The notes beneath the pieces were generated by a model, which saw only the letters and a program-made list of their open reading frames with translations, made no database searches and was not told the DNA's origin. A DNA stretch of 64,000 nt, from positions 2,418,001-2,482,000 of the forward strand of contig CAVNZM010000014.1 of NCBI GenBank assembly GCA_963693365.1, read 5' to 3'. This stretch comes from Amoebidium appalachense (taxonomy: Eukaryota; Protista; Ichthyosporea). Made by a program: the position numbers and the translations under genes. Below are positions 54,001 through 64,000 of the stretch, piece by piece (the stretch's first letter is position 1; each line of letters begins with the position of its first letter).

Positions 54001-54279
54001 GGTGAAGAGTGGTAAGACTCGAGCAAAGTTGTTGATTAGAACGTGCCTGCACAGATCACAAATGATTTACTGGTGCTCGGAACTGGCCAAAAGATGACAT
54101 CAACTGTTACATACAGTATTGCAGTTAAAAAACCTGCTCAGTATCACAACTAAGCGAAAATTCATTACAATAGCTGGGAATTTTTCGTTTTAACAGTGAT
54201 CTATTATCATTGAATCACTCTGTGCGGGAGTGCAAAGCAAGTCTCCGGTGTGCCGGCACGCATGGGCCTGCTGTAACAT

Positions 54280-55230
54280 TTACACAGGTCGCTGCACAAA
54301 ATATGGACAGAGGAAAAGTTGTATCCCCAGGCTCTGTATCCACGGAACATATGCCACAACCTTAACTGCAACCACCCCCCTTCCATCCTGAACATCCTTT
54401 CTACAGCCCATGATTCCCGTAAAGCTCAACACACCAACTTGGCACACCTGCGAATCACTCCCAAATGTCATGTACGCCGGCCCACCACTGTCCCCTCTGC
54501 ACGCACTCACAGGGCCCGTTGGGTAACCCAGACAATATCTCAGATCTTGACCACCCGGTAAGAGATTCTTGTAGAAACATGATTCGCTAGAGACTATCGG
54601 AGCAGTTGTCTCCTGCACAGTGTCAGAGAGAACATAGGCAGGCCTCATAGCATCACCGACCAGTTCCCGGGCACCCCATCCGGCCATCCGATGCCTCAGA
54701 CCAATGGTTTCAAACTCGAAAGCAAACGCCGGAGGAATGAGGTAGATGAAGCCGTTCGTTGCTGGTCGGTCAAGTTTTAGTACGGCAATGTCGTTTTCGA
54801 GGCCCCCGTCAGAGGGAGGGTAAGGGGGCTGTGGGTATGTGTGCACGAGGGTTATCCCGTAGGTATTTGCGTCAAACACGCCGTTTGGGAAGGTGGCATC
54901 TTGTGCCCACCTAATGGTGCCTAGCCGCACTCTCCACAGACGTAGATTTTCTTTCGTGACGCCGCAATGAGCTGCCGTAAGTATCCACTCCGGAGTTATT
55001 AGCGTGCCTCCGCATATGTGTACCCATTCCGATGCATCAGGCGAGGTTCTGCTTTGAAGAGAAGCAAGCCATGGCTTGACTGTTGCAGGTTCCTGCCCGG
55101 AGAATATTCTGTACGAGGGGGTGAGGGAGGGCTCACTTTCTAGAGGGGCTGATAGGCAAACGGTAGAAACTGCGAGTAAAAAAAGAGCTGTTGCCAAAGC
55201 GGCCCGATTAAAAAAAAGGTAAAGAGTCAT
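54280..55230 (-). CDS. Secreted S1-family (chymotrypsin-like) serine protease, intronless, 316 aa
   Basis: Signal peptide, activation site YR|IFSG, HICGGTLI, LTAAHC (His), NDIAVLKL (Asp), AGWG and SACRGDSGGP (Ser). The 189-equivalent residue is Ser rather than Asp. Confidence 0.93.
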   Translation of the reverse strand: MTLYLFFNRAALATALFLLAVSTVCLSAPLESEPSLTPSYRIFSGQEPATVKPWLASLQSRTSPDASEWVHICGGTLITPEWILTAAHCGVTKENLRLWRVRLGTIRWAQDATFPNGVFDANTYGITLVHTYPQPPYPPSDGGLENDIAVLKLDRPATNGFIYLIPPAFAFEFETIGLRHRMAGWGARELVGDAMRPAYVLSDTVQETTAPIVSSESCFYKNLLPGGQDLRYCLGYPTGPVSACRGDSGGPAYMTFGSDSQVCQVGVLSFTGIMGCRKDVQDGRGVVAVKVVAYVPWIQSLGIQLFLCPYFVQRPV

Positions 55231-55815
55231 TCTTGTTTGGGGCTGGTTCAAATCCGCCTCTGTCGGAGGTCTCACAAGGGTCCCATTTCTTTTTCTTAAC
55301 GCGCAAAGTTTCGGTTATGATTTTCCAAAATGAACACTCCTGACTAAGGTAAATGAGGTGCAGGCCACAATCAAAACTGAGATCCGTGGGTTGTGGCTTC
55401 ACATGTTTCGGTGCAGTAAAAGTATGCTAGTTTTCTCAGGTAGTTCCCGCTTCAAAGACGATGTCAACTTTGCTCAGTACTACGTGAGTAGTAGTGTGAA
55501 TTACACTTACTAGGTAGTGTGAGAAGGTGGAAGGTACTACTGGTGTGAAATATCATACATTGAGTGGTTGAACACTCGAGTATCGGTCCAAACCTTGAAA
55601 AGGTAGAGTATTGTACACTGGAGGCTCGGTCGGGAGTGCACGACAGGTGAGACTGAGAAAGGCGGGCCGGACTCCGGAGAGGGCTCCGGAGTCAAAGTTT
55701 GAAACGATGTTACGACGGTCGAGTCCTTGTGCCAGCGCTGGTTCTTACACCAGTTGCATACAGTAGAACGTGCCAATAGGAACCACAAGATAAATTTAGA
55801 TCGCGGTGTGTGGTG

Positions 55816-56188
55816 TAAGCCTATGTAAAAAAATCCCGCATCTCCACAGGATATTTAGGGGTCCTCGGGATATGGGATATATCCGGATATTTAGGCAGTT
55901 TTGGGATAGTTCCAAATGATATTTAGGGAGGGGCGGGATTTCCAATCTATCCACAGGGGGTGGATATATCCCGGTCGAGCGCTCAGGATAGATTTAGGTA
56001 TCCCGTGGGTTTAGGGATATATTATATATGTTTGTGGCCAGGGATATCACAGCAAATAGGCTAAGATCAAGGTTGTGAACGAGAGCAAAGTCAGGCTGAT
56101 AAAAAGTCATGTATATGTAGTAGAAGATAAGTAGTCGACGTGAGCAAGGATAAAATTTCATTGTGGTGGCAAGACCGTCCCGTGCCTT

Positions 56189-56223
<35 letters not shown>

Positions 56224-56285
56224 AGCCTTTGGCCTTCTGGTTCGTGCACACACACTCTTTTTCATGCATGCATACAAGCTATTCC

Positions 56286-56326
<41 letters not shown>

Positions 56327-56443
56327 CCCCCGCCCTCAATCGAGGCCGGGGCCGGCCACACGTGCACTGCAGATTGTCACGACTCACACGTACGTAATGG
56401 TGCATATGATCCATATGCATATCCTTTTTATGCATGCATGCAT

Positions 56444-56474
<31 letters not shown>

Positions 56475-56514
56475 CCCCCCTTCCCCCCCCCCCCCCCCCA
56501 CCCACCCACCCCCA

Positions 56515-56604
<90 letters not shown>

Positions 56605-56879
56605 ATACTTAGGCCTGAGTCTTCGAAATATTATGGATACCTGCCCGCCGGGCTAAGTTTAGCACCGGATATTAGCCCGGATATTTAGGCTTCAGCGAGA
56701 GAAAAATGATATTTCTCGGGATAGATAGGGGCCCAAGGGATAGATGAACTTGATATTTAGGTCCATTTTTCGGGATTTTCCGGGATATGATCTATGATAT
56801 TTAGGTAGGTTTTGTGATAGATCGGGAGAAAAGCAAAATGATATTTAGGTAGTTTTTGGGATAGATTTACATAGGCTTA
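55816..56879. mobile_element. hAT-superfamily non-autonomous element (1064 bp)
   Basis: 14-bp TIRs TAAGCCTATGTAAA / TTTACATAGGCTTA; 8-bp TSD GTGTGGTG (55808-55815, 56880-56887); many GATATTTAGG and GGGATA subterminal repeats at both ends. Confidence 0.9.
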
Positions 56880-57280
56880 GTGTGGTGTTCCAACGTCCAA
56901 TCATTAGGAGGCGTAAATAACTCCAATAGATATTCAGATTACATAACCACTTATGGTTAGTCCTCTTTCCCGTTCCGATTTCCGTGAAAGGTGTGGCCCA
57001 CTATCAGACTACAGTATAACTATTTTCTATTCAATTATTATACATACTCAGGTGTGGCTATTGGGTCTAGGTAGATTTTTACGTGACGAATTGGTCTGCA
57101 AGGATGAGTGACATCCAACACATTACAAACAAAGGTTATCATTCTCGGCGTGTATGAATTCCTACGTGATAGCTTTGAAAATAAAAAATGTGCCAACGCA
57201 GCTCGTGATAGGTTGATAGTTTGATGCTCAAAAAGCCAATAGGCGCTCTTGCCCTTACGTAAGGCTTTCGGCCCAACAAA

Positions 57281-57544
57281 GGCATCATTTGCATGCCCAA
57301 ACAACACACACACACACCAGTTTAACCGGTCATGTATCGCCAAATGTAGTTTGATAGACCACATAATACCGCAACACACACACGTCACATTCACAACAGA
57401 CACCCAGAAAGATAGCCTACCTGTAAATTACAACATCCTTGATTTTATACTAAACACGCGTAACTACGACCTGTTTATTAGATGTATTGATTGGCTTGAG
57501 AAACACATCACTACAAAATTATAGCGCACGCGCACACACACACA

Positions 57545-57595
<51 letters not shown>

Positions 57596-57627
57596 CCAGC
57601 TGATACCGAGTGTCCCGAGGGGAGCCC

Positions 57628-57666
<39 letters not shown>

Positions 57667-57862
57667 GGGGAACCCCAACTAATTGATTTCTCCTTGTAGT
57701 CTTTATGGTGTCTCGTAGAGAAAGTAAACCCTGATATATAGTCACCACCCGACATCTATGTACGTGATCATGATATACCGCTGAGGGGATATTCCGAGCA
57801 AAACCCCCCCCCCCATACCTGAGACTGGTTCTCTTTGCCTCGAGTAAACAGCGTAAACCCCA
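57281..57862 (+). mobile_element. Second copy of LINE 3' end plus shared downstream ~195 bp
   Basis: Near-identical to 8766-9368, including the ORF end, (CA)n, poly(A) at 57632-57665 and the post-poly(A) sequence. Confidence 0.8.
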
Positions 57863-58453
57863 TGTTACTATACTTAGCTCTACCTTTGAGCAAGCTACTA
57901 AAAATAAATTAGTGGCTGTGAGCCACAACCGGCACATGATCATGATCCTTTCGTCAACACAGCAAACAGCGCATGGATGTGTACACGTGTTTTTTATACT
58001 GAAATCAACTGTAGTCACAGTGTGTTGTATAGGTCTTGGTGAAGAAAGAAAAACATTACCACAGTGTTAAATTTGAAGTCCAAGTCAGAAAACCCTTGGG
58101 TTTGTGTCTAAACTATACACATCATACACGGGACGCACACTGGTTCTCTCTCACTCTGTGGGAGTTGCCTGTGTTCTAAACAGCATACTTACAGAAAGAA
58201 AAGTAGCACAACCTGTCCAAGTCGAGAGAGAAATAAGATCCGGAAATAATTGTGGTGATTAAACTCCTTACGGGCTGACAGACAGGGAAAGGAAAGGCGG
58301 CTGTTTCTTTGAAACACACGGCATAGCCGGTGGCTATACACAAAGTATACAAGTGAAAAGGAGGAACATCGCTGAAGCTCACTGACTGGTAGATAAGGGT
58401 TTAACGTAGTGGTGTCCAGAGCAAGAAGTAAGAAGCGTTATAGATCCCTGAGA

Positions 58454-59360
58454 ATGATGGAGTCAGTGAAGATAGTTCTTGGTAGCGAGGTGTTATTGTC
58501 GTTCAAACCAGCAAAAAACTTCAAGGACTTCCAAGGGCGCATAAACTCAATGGCTTTTTCGAATGATGGAAATCTTCTCGTTGTGGCTAGCGACGATGAC
58601 ACCATAAGGGTTTACGACTGTAACGAAGGAAGGTAAGCGGATTGATCGAGCGAGTCTGTGGGCTCATAGCTTGTTGTGTGTGGATGGATGGATGGCAGAG
58701 ATGGCGTGGAGAGGATTGGATGAATTGGATGTGGGCAAAATAACCGTATGATGGGAGGTGGGAGGGTGGGATTTTGTGTACGTGCATGTGTGTGTGCGTG
58801 CCTGTGAGCCTGTGTATGTTAAGGAAATGAGGGAGGAGAGAGAGAGAAAGAGAGAGACGGAGGGAGAGGGAGAGAGAGAGAGCAGGTGAGTGGGGTGAGT
58901 GAGTGAGAACGGAGGTGAGCAGAGAGGGAAGGGGAGGAAAGTGGTGGTGGTGGTGGTGGTGGTGGTGGTGGTGGTGGGGGGGGTTTCAGGTGTGTTTAAA
59001 AGTGAAGTAGATACCGGTCGTTTGGGGGCTGTGCCAGGCCCCTCAGTCAGCAGTTCCAGTGAACGGGATATGAAGGGTATATTTTTTTCCAGGTCAAAAC
59101 AGGTTGGGGCAAGCTGTGTGTAAGTGTGTGTGTGCTTTTGTCTTCTTTGATGCATCACTTTCCCGGGGGGAGGGCGGAGGGGAGGGCAGGGAGTCGAGAG
59201 GTGGGGCGGCGAGGACCCCCCCCACACACTCACACACACGCACAGACGCGCATGCTTTTGACTGGTGTGGTAATTGTGGTTTGCAGCGGTTGCTCGGAGC
59301 GGATGGTAGGTCGGTCCTAGGAGGTGGAAGGGATGGGTGTGTGTGTGGGGGGGGGGAGGG

Positions 59361-59428
<68 letters not shown>

Positions 59429-61721
59429 GTTGGTGAGGGGGTCATGGAGTGAGAGTGATAGGAAATAAAGTCGTGGGCAAGGGAATCTCGAGCTTATCAG
59501 AGATTGCAAGGTAGGGTTGACGGGAGGGAAGGGATGGAGATGATGAAGAAGGAAGGAAAGTTAACGTTGATTATGGCTTTTTTTTTGCACCCGACGTGGT
59601 GAGATGTGTTAAGAGCAAAGCACACAGGCATGAAAAGTTTCAGAACACAAAGTTAGAGATGGTGTGTTTGTATGTGTGTGGGTGTGTGCGTGTGTGCGTG
59701 CGTCCGTGCTTGCTTGCTTGCTTGTGTGTGTGTTTGTGGGTTTAGACTCGGCTGAACTGGGATTGCTACACAGGGAGAGGCAAAAAGTGAAAACGAAGAA
59801 GTATGGTGGGGAGCTGGTCACCTTTGCCCACCACAACTCCACCGTTCTGCACGCATCGACAAAAATAGACAGTCCGTGCCCCCCCCTCCCCCCTCCCCCC
59901 CCCCTCCCCCCCCCCCCCCCACACACACACACACCCCTTGCAAGTTGATGTATGTCGTGCACAACATGTCGCTTTAAAGCTGGGTAGGAACACAGGAGCA
60001 CAAACAACACGTGCTCACACGCACCCACACGTACCCACAAGCACGCCTGTGCGAGTACACATTCACACACGCGCGCATACAATCACACACACACATACAC
60101 ACGCGCACGCACGCACGTGCGCCCACACGCACGCACGCACGCACACAAGCACGCACGCACGCACACACACACTCACACACACACACAAACACACATTCAC
60201 ACACACACGCACACACACACGCATGCACGCACAGACAATCCGACTGACGGACGGACAGACAGACAGACACACTGTACACCCACACCTTATTCATCCCCCC
60301 CCCCCCCCCCCCCCCCCCGAATGTACACACTCAAACACATGCATACGGGCACAAACAACTTTGTTGCTGGAAAAAACTACCCCATCCGAAGCTATGTTTT
60401 ATGTGTGTCCCTCACCACCCTGCCACAATGTGAGGTTATGTACACCCGCAACTCGCACAGGCAAAAACTAAGTGGTTTATACACGGTGTGTTGTGTCTAG
60501 GCGGGCTGGGGGGAGGTGGGGGGGAGGCTAGGGGCGGGGGGGGGGGAGGGGAGAAGAGGGGGTGGAATTGGGGATTGTGATGCGGGGTGGGGATGGAGAG
60601 GAATTGGGGGGGAGTGGTGATATTGATGTATTGTAATGAGTTTATTGTCGGTTGGGGAGGTACGTGTAGTCGGAGAGGTTGAGGCGAAAGTGTTGTGAAT
60701 ATGCAAGTGCTACTGGTGGTGGTGGTGGTGGGGGGGGGGGGGGGGGGGGGGGGGGGAGTGAGGGAAGAGGGGAGAAGGTGGAAAAGGGGGGGGGGGGGGG
60801 GGGGTGGGAGGGAAAGGGTGAAGTTGAGAGGGGGCAGCCGAGACGAGGAATGGGGAAGAGGTAGGGGTGAAGAGGTGGGGAGGGGGGGGGGGGGAGGGGG
60901 CAAAAGAGAAGAGGAAGGGGGGGGAGGGGGGGGGGGGAAACAGAAGAGAAAGGGGAGATGAGTAAGGACGGAAGGACGAAGGGGGGAGAGGGGAGATTGG
61001 AAGGGAGACGGGTGGGGGAATACGGGTGGGGGTGGGTTCGTGTGTGTGTGTGTGGGGAGGGGGGGGGGGGGGGGGAGGGGGGAGGAGCTGGGAGGAGGCT
61101 GGGGAAAGGGAAGGGAAGGTGGATAGGTGTGCGGGTGTGGGGGGAAAGAAGGGGAGAGGAGGAGAGATGCCTTTTGGGGGGGGGGGGGGGGGGGGGGAGG
61201 GGCTGGTGAAGGAGAAGGCAGGCGGGAAGTACGGGCTAGCAGACACGGGGTGGAGAGGGGGGTGGGGAGAGGAAAAGGGTGAAGTGATTGTGTACTAGGT
61301 TGGTTTTTCCCTGTGTGTGTGTGTGTGTGTGTTGCACGGTGTGACAACGAATGGTTGGAGGAGGCTAGTTGTGAGGTATAGATAGGGTGGACTGAAGAAG
61401 TCACATAGAGGCAAGGGAAAGGAGAGAGAGGAGTGAGAAGGGGGGGGGGGGGGGGGGGGGGGAGGCTGGAGGGAAGGGGGAGGGGGGCTGTAGGGGGGAG
61501 GGGGGGGGGGGGGGGGAGGGATAGAACGTAGAACCCGTGAATGCTGGGGGAACTTTTGTCGAAGGGAGGGTGGATACGTTTATGTGGGTGTGGGTGTTAA
61601 TGCGCGTGCTTGTGTGCATGTACGTGAATTTGCATGGTGCTGTTTCTGTTGTGCGTGTGTGCGTGCTAGCATGTGTATGCTTGCGTGCTAACGTGTGCGA
61701 GTCCCTCCCCCCCCCTCCCCA

Positions 61722-61766
<45 letters not shown>

Positions 61767-63152
61767 CACTACCACCCCCTCAACATTTCCCTGATTTTTG
61801 CGTTGGGTTTTTGCAGATGCTATCCGCTATCTGTCACTGCACGACAACATGTACGTCCGCTACTTCGTGGCACACAAGGGCAGGTACGTGTGTGTGTCTG
61901 GGGGGAGAGGGGGGGGGGGGGAGGGGGGGGGGAGGGGGTCGGTCGGCGGGCGGGCAGGAGGGGGGTGGGGGGGAGGCAGGTGGGTGGGCGGCGGCAGAGG
62001 GGGGAGGTAGGGTGGGGGGTGGGGGGAGACGCCATGAAATATATCATGTGTTATGGTAGTAGTGGTCTTCGGTGGGTAGAGAGAAAGGGCGGGGGTGGGT
62101 GCAGGAGGGTGGGGGGTGGAGGAGTAAGGCGGGGCGGGGGGGGGGGGGGGGGGGGGGGGAGGGGGTGGTTCGGCGGATGGGCAGGCGGACGGGAGGAAGG
62201 ATGGAGGTGACCGGTGGCCAGGCAGGCGGGCGGGAGCACGGAGGGGGGGGGAGGGAGGAGGAGGGGGGGGGGGGGGGGGGGGGGGGAGGACCCAATGAAT
62301 ATATCATGTGTTTTTTGGTGGTGGTGGTGTTCGGGGGGGAGCAAGAAGGGACGGGTGGGCAAGGGGGGGGGGGCGGGGAGCGGGGGGGAGGGGAAAGGGA
62401 GAGGGGGGGGAGGGGGGACAAACCCAATAATAATCATATTGAGAGCTTATTGTTTGCCTCGCTGACAGCGCCACTGTAACCCGTCCCTGCTTTCCCCCTC
62501 CCTCTTGTTACTGCCACAAATCCCCCCCCCCCCCCCCCCTCCCCCCTGGGGGATGAGGAGGTTTCGCCAGCTGTGGCTTCACACTGTTTGTCCCCTCCCC
62601 CTCCCCCGCTTCCCCCCTCCCCCCCCCTGCCTCCATCCCTGCGCCTTGGCCTCCGATGGGGCACAAAATCTATTTTTACCTGAAAAAGAAACTTTTGAAA
62701 GCAATCGTACTTTGCTGCATACACCTCACCCGCGCCTCAATATCCTAACATCTCACGGAATGCTTCCTTATACTGGCGTCTTTGTTCTTCCATCTATCTA
62801 AGCGTCATCCACATGCTGCTGCACAAATATCTTCCATTCACCGTATTTTTGATGTTTTTCCTCCCACGAAATTAGTATTTGTCTTGTTTGTGTTTCCCCC
62901 GTATTTTTGTCGATAAGGTACCCTCGCATAAGTCTTCTGCCTTTTTTTTTTTTTTTCTTTTTTTTTTGCATTTTGCATTTTGCATTTTGCATTTTTTTTT
63001 TGCATTTTGCACAGTTACATATAAGGTATTCTCACCTTCCATATTTGTGCAGGGTGACGTCACTCAAGGTCAGTCCGATAGATGACCGGTTCATCTCTAC
63101 GTCTGTAGATGGTACCGTCAGGTTATGGAACGTCAACTCAACAAACTGCGTG
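58454..63152 (+). CDS. WDR82: WD40 protein WDR82/Swd2 (COMPASS / CPF-PNUTS subunit), 5' part; continues beyond window
   Basis: Exons 58454-58632, 59774-59871, 61817-61883 and 63053-63152, phase-consistent: [44 protein letters not shown]...KKYG...[24 protein letters not shown]...[26 protein letters not shown]. Confidence 0.93.
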
Positions 63153-63181
63153 GTGATTATCCCCCCCTCCTCGCTCCGCCT

Positions 63182-63298
<117 letters not shown>

Positions 63299-63325
63299 GA
63301 GACACACACACACACGCACACACAC

Positions 63326-63367
<42 letters not shown>

Positions 63368-63703
63368 CCCCCCCCCCCCCCCCCCCCCCCCCAACACCCA
63401 CCCACGCACCCACGCACCCACGCCTCCTCCCCGATCCCCCCCTCCTCCCACCACCTTACCACCCGGCCTCCTCCCGGAGGATAGGCTCTACGATGCATAG
63501 TCTTTGCAAAATCTGTATGATGTTGTACGTCGTATATTTGTGCTTCGTAATCTGTAACGAATTGTTACTCCTCCCCCTTCCCCCCCCCCTCCCCTACACA
63601 CACACACACACTCTCCCGCTTTTCCCCCATTCGGAAGGTAAGGATCAGTTGAGTATCACACTTCAGAGTTACAGAGTTGAACCCCGTATTTAAATAGCGT
63701 AGG

Positions 63704-63736
<33 letters not shown>

Positions 63737-63829
63737 CACTTTCCCGACGATGGGTTCTCTTCGAGTGTAGGTTGGGATTGTGCCGGTGTGTGTCAACGGT
63801 TGTGTTAAATCGTTGTGGTTCCCCCCTTC

Positions 63830-63865
<36 letters not shown>

Positions 63866-64000
63866 CCCTCCCTCCCCCTTTGGTGACTATAAAAGTCTCA
63901 ACCTCCATTATTCAAACATTCTCACGCATTCATCTCCCCCCCCCCCCCCCCTCCCCCTCCCCCTCCCCAACACTGTATATGCCGCTCTGTAGTGTACTTA

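Noticed and set aside
55840-56860. CRISPR-like array of GATATTTAGG repeats
   Set aside because: The repeats are only ~10 bp, irregularly spaced and lie inside hAT TIRs in a eukaryotic genome, so they are subterminal transposon repeats.
57038-57280. Twin-priming inversion of the LINE 5' part
   Set aside because: The reverse complement does not match the sequence upstream of 8766 in the longer copy.

Overview
Eukaryotic nuclear DNA, not prokaryotic: intron-rich GT-AG genes whose introns are packed with G/C homopolymers and (CA)/(GT), (CACT), (GA) and (GAAA) microsatellites. Most entries in the supplied ORF track are therefore low-complexity artefacts. Manual splicing gives five phase-consistent genes: a divergent TAF12-like histone fold (+), LACTB2 (-, 8 exons, with an intronic tRNA-Gly(GCC)), a 26/29-kDa/CfaD-type papain-family protease (+, 12 exons), an Unkempt-like CCCH protein with a C-terminal SAM domain (-), and the 5' part of WDR82/Swd2 (+, runs off the window). 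There are also two intronless ORFs: a secreted S1 serine protease and an orphan TM + coiled-coil protein. Mobile DNA includes pogo-like, hAT and other MITEs, a tRNA-headed SINE with a 17-bp TSD, and LINE 3' ends. The most interesting leads are (i) introns with weak splice signals whose ends carry complementary GT/G and CA/C blocks (possible structure-bridged splicing), (ii) a highly structured ~160-nt unique-sequence island in a LACTB2 intron, and (iii) the Unkempt-like + SAM architecture. All family calls come from motif recognition by eye; no searches were run and the organism is not identified.
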